This document shows, in pieces, positions 49,015 to 57,156 of a stretch of DNA of 57,670 bases. This stretch comes from a virus (Duplodnaviria; Caudoviricetes). The notes below the pieces were generated by a model. The model had not been told where the DNA came from. It saw nothing but the letters and a program-made list of their open reading frames with translations, and did not search any database. A program made the translations under genes and the position numbers. The stretch lies in IMG/VR virus record IMGVR_UViG_3300030330_001991, positions 1 through 57,670 of that record. The stretch is one strand, 5' to 3'. How positions within the stretch are numbered: the first letter of the stretch is position 1; every line of letters begins with the position of its first letter.

Positions 49015-49776
49015 CTACAGATAATCAATTACTTGTGAGTGATCCACGTTATCTATTAATTTATCTACAGCTTGCTTTTTTAACTGTGAAACACGTACGT
49101 AAGCACCACTGCCTTCGATACCTAGATATTTAGCTATTTCTTTAGCGGAGTGTTTATCACAATCAAGCCCATAACTTAATCTCAACACATGAAACTCTTT
49201 ATCATTTAAGTGTTGTTTAAGTAACGAGGTTAAATACATATTTAAAAATTCTTGATTATATGGTTCTGACTTGTCTTCAATTTGTAAAAACAAATCATCA
49301 TCATCTCTAGTACCTGCATCAATACTTAAAAATATACTGTTAAAAAACATAGCTACAGCCATTTTATCTTTACCAAAGTTTTTACGTATTTCATTTGTTA
49401 CATGTTCAGGTAAACGCATTTGACCTCTATTTTTATCTATAGCTCTACGTATACCTCCTTTTATTCTTTTAGATAAAAACGATTTCATAGTTTTTTCTTG
49501 GTCTTCAGAATCTTCTATTGTTTTCCAATCTATACGATCAACTGCTTTGATTAAATTTAAATGACCTTCTTGTATCATATCTGTGATAGCCATAACACCT
49601 GAAGCTTGTTGTGATGTAGCAAATTTTCTAGCTAAATTTTCTACAAGTGGCATAAATAGTGTTATCAACGTATTTCTATCATATAAAGAATAATGTTCTT
49701 TTCTTTTTATTCTTTTTATAGTTTGTTCTAAATCGTTCTTATATCTAATATAGTTTTGAATATTATAATGTTTCAT
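49015..49776 (-). CDS. RNA polymerase sigma-70 family factor
   Basis: Region 2 LVENLARKF...DMIQEGHLNLIKAVDRID...IRRAI...RLPEH; region 4 HTH EIAKYLGI...VRVSQLKKQAVDKL. Confidence 0.9.
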   Translation of the reverse strand: MKHYNIQNYIRYKNDLEQTIKRIKRKEHYSLYDRNTLITLFMPLVENLARKFATSQQASGVMAITDMIQEGHLNLIKAVDRIDWKTIEDSEDQEKTMKSFLSKRIKGGIRRAIDKNRGQMRLPEHVTNEIRKNFGKDKMAVAMFFNSIFLSIDAGTRDDDDLFLQIEDKSEPYNQEFLNMYLTSLLKQHLNDKEFHVLRLSYGLDCDKHSAKEIAKYLGIEGSGAYVRVSQLKKQAVDKLIDNVDHSQVIDYL

Positions 49777-50390
49777 AGTTGTTTGTTTAATAATTCTTTT
49801 TCTCGTTTTAATTGTTCACACATATTTCTATGTATTGTCCTACTCGAGCAGTCTAACAAACCTGCTATCCTTCCTATTGTTATCTTCTTACCCATATCAT
49901 TCATATCTATCATACACTGATAAATATCATCAGCATGTATACGTTTACTTCTACCTATCAACTCACCTACAATACGTAATTTTTCTTCTTTAGACATACG
50001 ATTGTTTGGTTTAAATATAACTTTACGTAGTTTATTTTTAGGTGGTTCTTCTAAATCTAACATGCTAACCTCATATACTATTTTACGTAGCAAGTCGGCG
50101 TGTATAGCAAAACTTACAAAACCATTAGGTTTATGGCATATAACTTCAGCTAATCGCATAAACTCATCTTGGTCCATGTTAGGATTTAAATACCACAATA
50201 CTAACAAATGCCACTTAAGAGATTTGTATGTAGTTATCTTTGCTGATGATCTAAATAGTTCATAACATTCATGTGTACCATTTAAATAAAACATATACAC
50301 TTCATTCTCTTGATCTGGTTTATCTGTTATCGGGTGTCTACGATATACAATCCTTTTATCATTTAAATATTTAAGATTTCTTTGTGACAT
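49773..50390 (-). CDS. Hypothetical protein with C-terminal HTH
   Basis: ITIGRIAGLLDCSSRTIHRNM HTH-like motif. Confidence 0.6.
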   Translation of the reverse strand: MSQRNLKYLNDKRIVYRRHPITDKPDQENEVYMFYLNGTHECYELFRSSAKITTYKSLKWHLLVLWYLNPNMDQDEFMRLAEVICHKPNGFVSFAIHADLLRKIVYEVSMLDLEEPPKNKLRKVIFKPNNRMSKEEKLRIVGELIGRSKRIHADDIYQCMIDMNDMGKKITIGRIAGLLDCSSRTIHRNMCEQLKREKELLNKQL

Positions 50391-50515
50391 TAGCCTATTA
50401 CTCTTTATCTTTAGGGGCTGTTGTCACAGTCCCCTTTGGTTTTAATGTAACAAAAACAATTCTTGTTTCATTATCATTGTTACCATATTTAATTTCATTA
50501 AATTGTTTTATTCTT

Positions 50516-51001
50516 TCAATTAGGTCTTTGTTCATATATCTTTTCGGTTTTAAGGTTTGCTATTGTATGTTTTTCTCCTATATAATAATTCCAATAAGCT
50601 TTTATACTACATGGATCTTTATACTCGTCAGGCATTGCTTGTGGTGGTTGTTCCCACTCTTCATGTGGTATATTATATGGTTGATTAGCTAATGGTGTTT
50701 TACATTTTATTATTGATAAATGTTTTTTACCATAACGCTTTGTATATTCATTACCTAAAGCTAACATGTGTTCATACAGCCAATCATAATGTAAAGAGTT
50801 TTCTCTTACCCATTTAGTTGATGGATGATTTATGTGAGCTATTTTGTAAGGTATATCATCTAATAATCTAACTCTATTATCTAATACATGATGGGCAGTA
50901 CATAACATTTGTGCTGATTCAAGTATCATTTTAACCACATGTTTATTGTACTGGTATTGTGCTGATTTAATAGGGCATTTATCTAAGTAAAATATATTCA
51001 T
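50516..51001 (-). CDS. Pyrimidine-dimer DNA glycosylase-like protein
   Basis: MNIFYLD...KHVVKMILESAQMLCTAH...HINHP..KW...EY..RYGKKH family pattern. Confidence 0.7.
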   Translation of the reverse strand: MNIFYLDKCPIKSAQYQYNKHVVKMILESAQMLCTAHHVLDNRVRLLDDIPYKIAHINHPSTKWVRENSLHYDWLYEHMLALGNEYTKRYGKKHLSIIKCKTPLANQPYNIPHEEWEQPPQAMPDEYKDPCSIKAYWNYYIGEKHTIANLKTEKIYEQRPN

Positions 51002-51094
51002 AATTGTTGTTTAGCCATTTTTTCTAATATCTTTACTAACTTAGTTAAAGCTTTAGTTAAGTCGCTAATGTCCTTATACATTTGTTGTTCATTT

Positions 51095-51967
51095 CTATTC
51101 ATAATCTCTAATACATTTAAATAATGGATGTCTGTAGCTATTAGCTTTAGTACGTTCGAAATAAGTAAATGTAGCTGTCTTACCTACAAAGCCTTGCATT
51201 TTTTTGAAGTTATCTTGTAAGAACTTAAACTTATCCATAACAGGCATACCAAACTCTATACCGTTAGCATCGATAGCTAGAAATTTACCGATAGTACCTT
51301 TACGTTTGCCCTTGCCTTCAACCCAACCTGTTATAGTAGCTTCTGTATCGTGAAAGTCTTTAAACTTTCTAAGGTTGTGAGATCGCTTACAAGCATACAC
51401 ATCATTAGTACGTAATATAGAACCTTCGTAGCCATTATCTAAGTTTCTTCTGTGATATACTTTAGCATCGTCATCTCTAAATACTAGATTAGTTGGTACG
51501 TGTTTAATACAGTGGTTACGTGGTACAACTTGCTCGATAAAAGTATTACGCTCTTCAAATGTTTTAGTTTCATCAATTATATCATAACAATGAAACTGTA
51601 CGTTCTCAGCTGATTCTGCACGTGCCTCGTCAGTTGGTTTTGTTTTTCTGACCATAGATATGATTTGTTCGAAGTTGTCTTTATAATCGTGATTATATAG
51701 CTCGCCGTCGAGTATAACGTCAGGGTTAAGAGCAAACCACGGTGCAAGGTTAAATAGTATGTGGTCAATGTTTTTCCACTCTTTACCTGTACGTGAATAA
51801 GCTTTAACTTCTATTTCATTAAGATCTGGAGTTAATATATGTCTTTTTACTTTAGCTTGTATTACACATCTAACGCCATCAAGCTTTGGTTGTATGAATA
51901 CTGGTTCATTGTAATTAATTGGTTTGTCGCTTACTGGATAAGCTAGCATTGGTTTTTTTCTCATCAT
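51095..51967 (-). CDS. ATP-dependent DNA ligase
   Basis: KLDGVR, LDGELY, EGSILR, KFK motifs and OB domain. Confidence 0.92.
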   Translation of the reverse strand: MMRKKPMLAYPVSDKPINYNEPVFIQPKLDGVRCVIQAKVKRHILTPDLNEIEVKAYSRTGKEWKNIDHILFNLAPWFALNPDVILDGELYNHDYKDNFEQIISMVRKTKPTDEARAESAENVQFHCYDIIDETKTFEERNTFIEQVVPRNHCIKHVPTNLVFRDDDAKVYHRRNLDNGYEGSILRTNDVYACKRSHNLRKFKDFHDTEATITGWVEGKGKRKGTIGKFLAIDANGIEFGMPVMDKFKFLQDNFKKMQGFVGKTATFTYFERTKANSYRHPLFKCIRDYE

Positions 51968-52308
51968 TTGTTATACTTTTTTAATATTTTATTTACTTCG
52001 TCCATTCTGTTTTTAATGATAGCACACTTTTCGTACTCTTCATCGTCTTGGTATATATTTAATAGTGTCATAAGCTTTGCAGCTTCACCAAGAGCGTTAT
52101 ATTCTTCTGACACTTCTAGATCTTCGTAAGCTACAGACCAAGATAAATTTGATTTGCTTACATGGTGAAACCAATCTTCCATAGATTTAAGCTTAACCAT
52201 GCGGCTTACAATTTTGATAGCCAACGCGTTAAGCTCAGCATCATTTGGTTTTAATTCTTTCAATACCTCTAGTATTTGTTTATTTGTTACACGTTTATTA
52301 TCCGTCAT
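51964..52308 (-). CDS. Hypothetical protein with UVR-like C-terminal helix
   Basis: EEYEKCAIIKNRM motif. Confidence 0.55.
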   Translation of the reverse strand: MTDNKRVTNKQILEVLKELKPNDAELNALAIKIVSRMVKLKSMEDWFHHVSKSNLSWSVAYEDLEVSEEYNALGEAAKLMTLLNIYQDDEEYEKCAIIKNRMDEVNKILKKYNK

Positions 52309-52328
52309 AGTTCGTATTTGTTTTGTAT
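52294..52328 (-). promoter_or_regulatory. Class I phage promoter candidate
   Basis: Minus strand ATACAAAAC-AAATACGA-N8-GGATAATAAA at a gene junction. Confidence 0.6.
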
Positions 52329-52669
52329 TTATCTAATAATTTTTGTGGTGTACCTACAAATATACATTCGTCACCTTTGTCTGACCAAGGGTTTAGTTCA
52401 AATATACTTATCCACGTAGTTTTTAACGGTGCTTGCCATATATAATACATATACTCTGTGTCATATCTTCTTGTATCTAAGCTATCTATTTCTAGTGGTA
52501 CACCATTCCAACTACCACTATCTAATAGTGTTTTAGCTAGATCTACGCCTAGACCTTCAGGATAACCGTCGTGATGTTTGTAAAATTGTGCGTGAAATGT
52601 TTCTGGGTGTTCGCTAAAAGTTACGCCAGCTTCTCTTGTTGCAAATCTAACTTGTGCTCTAGTGCTCAT
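52298..52669 (-). CDS. Conserved phage hypothetical protein (HxDGYP motif)
   Basis: MSTRA...YKHHDGYPEGLG...EYMY pattern. Confidence 0.65.
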   Translation of the reverse strand: MSTRAQVRFATREAGVTFSEHPETFHAQFYKHHDGYPEGLGVDLAKTLLDSGSWNGVPLEIDSLDTRRYDTEYMYYIWQAPLKTTWISIFELNPWSDKGDECIFVGTPQKLLDKYKTNTNYDG

Positions 52670-53084
52670 CTTGTTTATCTTTAATTGTTAATACATATTC
52701 TCTGTTTTCTATTTTCTGTAAAGTCTCCACAATATATTCTAAAGCCTGTTGTGTATTAGATTCAAAAGTTTTAAGTCTTTGAAGTGTAACAAAAGTATCA
52801 TTAAAGCTTAAGTTATCATACACATCTAATGTAAATGGTACTTCGTTTGCATTGTAAAAATCTCTACCAGAAACTAATATATGACTACCATATACTAGAG
52901 TAGGCGTAGCCCACACTCCTATAATAGCAGCCAAATTATCAAATTCTTTTTCATATTCTTCTCCTGCATCTTTCTCTATAAAAGTTATATTATTTTTATT
53001 TAATACATCTTTTATATCTTTACAAGCGGGACAGCCGCTTTGTGTATATACTGTTAGTGTTTTATTTGTTTTTTTCGTGCTCAT
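52659..53084 (-). CDS. Glutaredoxin-like protein
   Basis: VYTQSGCPACK and ATPTL motifs. Confidence 0.8.
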   Translation of the reverse strand: MSTKKTNKTLTVYTQSGCPACKDIKDVLNKNNITFIEKDAGEEYEKEFDNLAAIIGVWATPTLVYGSHILVSGRDFYNANEVPFTLDVYDNLSFNDTFVTLQRLKTFESNTQQALEYIVETLQKIENREYVLTIKDKQDEH

Positions 53085-53349
53085 AATATTTCATTTTTAG
53101 TGATTCAATAATTGCTCTACCCGTTGCCGTATTAAAACCATAGCTATGCGTAAATAAACCTGGTATAGGGTCGTTAAAGAATAATAATTTCATAAAATCT
53201 TCAGCTTTTAACTTTGGAGTTGTAAATTCATTACTAAACTTTATTAACATTTCATTACAAGCAGCAGCTATACAATCAGGACAATGTCTTATATCCTCAT
53301 CTGTTCTCCATGCAAAATATTCTTTTACTTTTTTACTAGTTAACTTCAT
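53062..53349 (-). CDS. Hypothetical protein
   Basis: 95-aa ORF containing CPDC. Confidence 0.55.
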   Translation of the reverse strand: MKLTSKKVKEYFAWRTDEDIRHCPDCIAAACNEMLIKFSNEFTTPKLKAEDFMKLLFFNDPIPGLFTHSYGFNTATGRAIIESLKMKYYEHEKNK

Positions 53350-53350
53350 A

Positions 53351-53749
53351 TTATTGTGCTTTATTTAATTCATCACTTAATTCTTCAGCTTCTTTATCTT
53401 CAGGGCAATCAGCTTCTTTAAACAAGCTACATACTTTAGCAACTATTATTTCAACTAGTTCATATGTATCTTGTAAATCTATACTTTCTAGTTGTACTCT
53501 ACCGTCATAGTCAAGGCTAAACTCTGTTTCATAGTTATCACAGTCACTGAAACTATAGTTTTCAACAGCTTTTTCTACAGCTCCATGAATATCATCAAGT
53601 TGTTTTGGTGTTAATTCTGGTTTGTTATAGTCATCTAGTTGTTTTTTAGTTTCTGTTAGTGTATTACTATACGTGTTAACAAAATCTTGATGTTCTTTGA
53701 TCGCTTTTTCTAGACCTTCGATCTTGGTCTTTAAATCTAGTTCATTCAT
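53351..53749 (-). CDS. Hypothetical acidic coiled-coil protein
   Basis: 132-aa ORF downstream of a class I motif. Confidence 0.6.
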   Translation of the reverse strand: MNELDLKTKIEGLEKAIKEHQDFVNTYSNTLTETKKQLDDYNKPELTPKQLDDIHGAVEKAVENYSFSDCDNYETEFSLDYDGRVQLESIDLQDTYELVEIIVAKVCSLFKEADCPEDKEAEELSDELNKAQ

Positions 53750-53774
53750 ATTATTTAATTTTATTGTTTATATT

Positions 53775-53809
53775 TATATTATCCTACTTTATTCGTATTT
53801 AGTTTGTAA
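53775..53809 (-). promoter_or_regulatory. Class I phage promoter candidate
   Basis: Minus strand TTACAAACT-AAATACGA-N8-GGATAATATA. Confidence 0.75.
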
Positions 53810-54045
53810 AACGAGGGTTAGTGCCGTTCAGAGCGTGTCTAGAAGACTCTTACTAGTACACTACCTGTCGTTTATATTACGAGGTCGGGCAGGTGTGGTT
53901 CTTATAGCTCGATATAGCTCCACGCTTATCATCTATATTTTGCTTTATCCTGCCGTTCTGCCAAGTGAGTAAGATACCGATTTTTAGATTTATTTCAGCT
54001 AACTTTCGGTTACACGTCTCACGCGCTACCACCCTCACCTCGTTT
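53809..54045. ncRNA. Candidate structured ncRNA or cis element
   Basis: GC-richer intergenic segment with several nested complementary stems (detailed in findings). Confidence 0.5.
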
Positions 54046-54541
54046 ATATTACATTATATCTATGTCCATCTACTATCACTTGTACGCTTTGTGTTTTTTC
54101 AGGAAACACTACATCAGCAATAGCATCTCTACTTTTTAACTCATGCTCATGCTTCCATTTAGGTATAAACTCACCACTTGACAGTTTGTTTGCTTGACCT
54201 ATGTAATAGTTTTTGAGACAAAAGCTTATTAAGTATTTTAATCTGTCTTGCTCGTTAGGTATTAGTTTGCAAGTTCTTGTAGTATATTTTCTGTACATAC
54301 CATTTTCAAATGGACCATAGTATTGTGGTTCGCTTTCAACTCTTTTGTTTAGTTGCCAACTCGGGCAATAGCCACCAGCTTTAGTACGTCTTACATAACC
54401 ACTAGAAAAACTAGCGACATGTATCTCACCACCATACTGGTCTTTAACTGGCAACTTAAATTCACGTGTACCATTTTTCTTTTGTCTTGATGTTGTAACT
54501 TCTTGAATATCAAGTAGTTGTAATGTTTCTTTTATATTCAT
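54044..54541 (-). CDS. Hypothetical early protein
   Basis: 165-aa ORF downstream of a class I motif. Confidence 0.6.
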   Translation of the reverse strand: MNIKETLQLLDIQEVTTSRQKKNGTREFKLPVKDQYGGEIHVASFSSGYVRRTKAGGYCPSWQLNKRVESEPQYYGPFENGMYRKYTTRTCKLIPNEQDRLKYLISFCLKNYYIGQANKLSSGEFIPKWKHEHELKSRDAIADVVFPEKTQSVQVIVDGHRYNVI

Positions 54542-54553
54542 ATTATTATTTAT

Positions 54554-54588
54554 TATATTATCCTTTAGTGTTCGTATTTATTTTGCAA
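54554..54588 (-). promoter_or_regulatory. Class I phage promoter candidate
   Basis: Minus strand TTGCAAAAT-AAATACGA-N8-GGATAATATA. Confidence 0.75.
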
Positions 54589-54784
54589 ATCTTGTCCATT
54601 GTGCTTTTCTGCTAACTATTTCAGAATCACTATGTACCATCCACTCACAGTTTGCTAAGTTGTGACCAACACTACTTAAAAACTGTTCTATACTTTCAGA
54701 GTCAGGATTCCAACCTTCTTGTCTCATTACTTCATATTGATGTACTCTACCTGTTTCAAAATCTAATACTGTTATACATTTCAT
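54578..54784 (-). CDS. Hypothetical early protein
   Basis: 68-aa ORF. Confidence 0.6.
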   Translation of the reverse strand: MKCITVLDFETGRVHQYEVMRQEGWNPDSESIEQFLSSVGHNLANCEWMVHSDSEIVSRKAQWTRFAK

Positions 54785-54799
54785 AGTTATTATTTTTTA

Positions 54800-54949
54800 T
54801 TATTTTCTTTTATAATGCACACAGAAGTCGTTACCAAACGCCATTTGATACTCTTTAGCTAATCTTCTTGCTTCAAACAAACCTTCGGCAGTGTCTATTA
54901 CTTCTATACCGTATCTCGACGTGCTTATTATATTAAATATTACTTTCAT
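54800..54949 (-). CDS. Small hypothetical protein (49 aa), missing from the ORF track
   Basis: MKVIFNIISTSRYGIEVIDTAEGLFEARRLAKEYQMAFGNDFCVHYKRK. Confidence 0.6.
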   Translation of the reverse strand: MKVIFNIISTSRYGIEVIDTAEGLFEARRLAKEYQMAFGNDFCVHYKRK

Positions 54950-54960
54950 ATTTTATTATT

Positions 54961-55176
54961 TTATCCTAACATTGTACCGTAACCTCTTCGGCGAGTCAAC
55001 TTAGATATACGTGCAGCGTCACTGCTTGACATAATCTGTATGGAATTACCGGTCTTGTGGTTGATTAGTGGTGCGCAACCGTATCGCTCGGTCGTGGAGC
55101 AGTCAACGCACACTTTGTAACCTAAGTCGGCTCTGCCTTGAGGTATTATATTTTTACAACTCTTACACTGCAACAT
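54961..55176 (-). CDS. DksA/TraR-type C4 zinc-finger protein (start reassigned to 55176)
   Basis: MLQCKSCKNIIPQGRADLGYKVCVDC fits CxxCxxxIPxxR...CxxC. Confidence 0.65.
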   Translation of the reverse strand: MLQCKSCKNIIPQGRADLGYKVCVDCSTTERYGCAPLINHKTGNSIQIMSSSDAARISKLTRRRGYGTMLG

Positions 55177-55333
55177 AAGTAAGACCTTTATAGTTAAACC
55201 ATGTAGTAATTTTGTCTGTGCCAAAGTCAGTTGGCAAATCACAGATTGTGTAAGGCTTGTAAGTCAAACCATTTAGTTGAATTTTTTGCAAGCCAGTAGT
55301 TATGTTTGGCTTTAAGAATTTAATTGTGTTCAT
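55163..55333 (-). CDS. Small hypothetical protein (56 aa), missing from the ORF track
   Basis: MNTIKFLKPNITTGLQKIQLNGLTYKPYTICDLP...; directly downstream of a class I motif. Confidence 0.6.
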   Translation of the reverse strand: MNTIKFLKPNITTGLQKIQLNGLTYKPYTICDLPTDFGTDKITTWFNYKGLTYVAV

Positions 55334-55359
55334 AGTATATAATTTAATTGTTTTACATG

Positions 55360-55394
55360 TATATTATCCAAATAGTATCGTATTTAGTTTGTAA
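55360..55394 (-). promoter_or_regulatory. Class I phage promoter candidate
   Basis: Minus strand TTACAAACT-AAATACGA-N8-GGATAATATA. Confidence 0.75.
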
Positions 55395-55398
55395 TTTA

Positions 55399-55740
55399 TC
55401 ATAATCTTACAAATCTTTTAGCTCTACCTACTATAATTTTAGCTCTTCCTTTAAAAAAGAACTCATTATCTTTACTATCTACAGTTTTATATACCACTTC
55501 TCCATTAGAATAAGTGATTGCTATTGTTCTTAATCTATTCTTCATATCAAACAAGTGAAGATTTAACACATCACCTGAGTCTACAAACAAGTGAAATGTT
55601 TCTATATTTTGATATGTTTTACCTCCTCCTACTTTAAATTCTGTTAAAGAATTTTTAGATATTAAATATTGTAGAGTATCTTGTGCATTACTTGTCATTA
55701 TTCCTGCAAGCAAACCTACACTTAATGTTAATTTTTTCAT
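55399..55740 (-). CDS. Small secreted protein
   Basis: Signal peptide MKKLTLSVGLLAGIMTSNA-Q. Confidence 0.65.
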   Translation of the reverse strand: MKKLTLSVGLLAGIMTSNAQDTLQYLISKNSLTEFKVGGGKTYQNIETFHLFVDSGDVLNLHLFDMKNRLRTIAITYSNGEVVYKTVDSKDNEFFFKGRAKIIVGRAKRFVRL

Positions 55741-55745
55741 ATATT

Positions 55746-56087
55746 TTAGTCTATTTCGTCACAGTTTTCACAGTTAACAAAGTCTTCTTCGTATAAATAG
55801 TCGTTAACTTGACCGTGAGCTGTTATTTTTTTAGCTAATTCATTTCTTATTATTGTTAACCAATAGTTACTTCCCCATCCTTCGTGGAAAGAACCATGAT
55901 TACAACACTTACATTCTGCCGCATCTTCGCTGTTCCAAAAAAGAATTTCGTCTATAGTATTAATCATTTCTATAACATCAATCTTTTTGTAAGATACTTG
56001 TGTAAATAATTCGTCTGAACCTTTAGTTTGTGCACTCATATTTAATGATAGCGCAATAGCTGCTACGCTAAGTGTTAATTTTTTCAT
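55746..56087 (-). CDS. Small secreted protein
   Basis: Signal peptide MKKLTLSVAAIALSLNMSA-Q; C-terminal CENCDEID. Confidence 0.65.
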   Translation of the reverse strand: MKKLTLSVAAIALSLNMSAQTKGSDELFTQVSYKKIDVIEMINTIDEILFWNSEDAAECKCCNHGSFHEGWGSNYWLTIIRNELAKKITAHGQVNDYLYEEDFVNCENCDEID

Positions 56088-56110
56088 AGTATTTAATTTT
56101 TATTGTTAGT

Positions 56111-56151
56111 AAATAGGTGAGGAATCGAACCTCACTACAACCATTCTATCT
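56111..56151 (-). ncRNA. Mini tRNA-like element (closing stem + AATGG + T-arm, no anticodon arm)
   Basis: Minus strand AGATAG-AATGGTTGTA-GTGAGG-TTCGATT-CCTCAC-CTATTT. Confidence 0.6.
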
Positions 56152-56265
56152 GTAAGCTGGACAAAGATTACTTGTTCGCTTGTTTTTTGCTGCATAAGGA
56201 CAGTAACTTGTCGCGCAGCTTGATAGTAATATTACTACCGCTAATAATCCGATTAGTTTTTTCAT
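56146..56265 (-). CDS. Tiny lipoprotein (39 aa), missing from the ORF track
   Basis: MKKLIGLLAVVILLSSCATSYCPYAAKNKRTSNLCPAYR; LSSC lipobox. Confidence 0.7.
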   Translation of the reverse strand: MKKLIGLLAVVILLSSCATSYCPYAAKNKRTSNLCPAYR

Positions 56266-56276
56266 AGTTTTAATTT

Positions 56277-56396
56277 TTAAAGGTGGTTAAATGCTACGAT
56301 TAATGAGTATATTATTAATCCTGCGGTACTTGCGCCGAATGAGTATAATATTGTTAAAAATGCGTAGTGTTGAAATTTTCTAATTTTTTTCTTCAT
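56277..56396 (-). CDS. Tiny membrane protein (39 aa), missing from the ORF track
   Basis: MKKKIRKFQHYAFLTILYSFGASTAGLIIYSLIVAFNHL. Confidence 0.5.
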   Translation of the reverse strand: MKKKIRKFQHYAFLTILYSFGASTAGLIIYSLIVAFNHL

Positions 56397-56413
56397 AATA
56401 TATAATTTAATTG

Positions 56414-56695
56414 TTAGTCTAATCCATCTCTGTGATTACCTCTGCTATCTGTGAAGTATAATCCACTGTTTTTATCTAATTCTACGCAAGCAGCGATTGC
56501 TTTATCCATGCTACTTGGCTCGTATTTTACTTCATTTTGCCATAACATTTCTGCGTCTGCTTCTATTTCTGATAATATTTCAGGTGATAAATCATTATAG
56601 TAACCTAAATGATGTTCTTGATTGTAACTATCTTCAACAGTAACAGAGTAATGAGTGTTACCTTGGTATTTATTTATGTGTATTTTTCTAGGCAT
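56414..56695 (-). CDS. Hypothetical early protein
   Basis: 93-aa ORF. Confidence 0.6.
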   Translation of the reverse strand: MPRKIHINKYQGNTHYSVTVEDSYNQEHHLGYYNDLSPEILSEIEADAEMLWQNEVKYEPSSMDKAIAACVELDKNSGLYFTDSRGNHRDGLD

Positions 56696-56819
56696 AGTGA
56701 ACGTGTTTAAAGATAAATTCGTAGCATTCTGATTTGCTTTTGTGACTAAATAGTATTTGTTGACCGTATTTAGTCATAACAATATACATTTTGCCGTTTT
56801 TTAAGTATTTAATTTGCAT
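56688..56819 (-). CDS. Small hypothetical protein (43 aa), missing from the ORF track
   Basis: MQIKYLKNGKMYIVMTKYGQQILFSHKSK...; directly after a class I motif. Confidence 0.55.
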   Translation of the reverse strand: MQIKYLKNGKMYIVMTKYGQQILFSHKSKSECYEFIFKHVHYA

Positions 56820-56838
56820 AATTTTATTGTTTTACGTT

Positions 56839-56873
56839 AATATTATCCGACTATTGTCGTATTTAGTTTGTAA
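56839..56873 (-). promoter_or_regulatory. Class I phage promoter candidate
   Basis: Minus strand TTACAAACT-AAATACGA-N8-GGATAATATT. Confidence 0.75.
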
Positions 56874-57044
56874 TTATTTAGATTTGTTTTGTACTGTGAA
56901 CTTACAATCAAGAAAGTTACCATCTTTATCTCTGTATGGTGATTTACTTACTATTTTGTAACCACTTTTAATTAAAGATTTTTCAATTGCTTTGATTACT
57001 TTACTAGTCATATCTTTACCAGTTTTTTTACAAGTTACTTTCAT
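56874..57044 (-). CDS. Small basic hypothetical protein (56 aa), missing from the ORF track
   Basis: MKVTCKKTGKDMTSKVIKAIEKSLIKSGYKIVSK... Confidence 0.55.
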   Translation of the reverse strand: MKVTCKKTGKDMTSKVIKAIEKSLIKSGYKIVSKSPYRDKDGNFLDCKFTVQNKSK

Positions 57045-57156
57045 AATTTATTATTTTTTAGTTTTGTTAAAGCTACTACTAGTTTTAATATTCCTAGTGT
57101 TAGCCATAATGTTAGAAATAAGTACATAATTTTACTTTTTATTTGTTAATATTTGT

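Noticed and set aside
390-50692. Many short opposite-strand or nested ORFs in the track (e.g. 4219..4626, 27592..28017, 38156..38494, 45301..45582)
   Set aside because: Shadow frames of long genuine genes, with S/F/L-rich composition and no motifs.
53697-53972. 91-aa + strand ORF
   Set aside because: Antisense to the whole arm, overlaps a gene start and a promoter motif, and has atypical composition.
55177-55242. N-terminal extension of ORF 54961..55242
   Set aside because: Overlaps a better 56-aa ORF (55163-55333); the ATG at 55176 starts the zinc finger directly.
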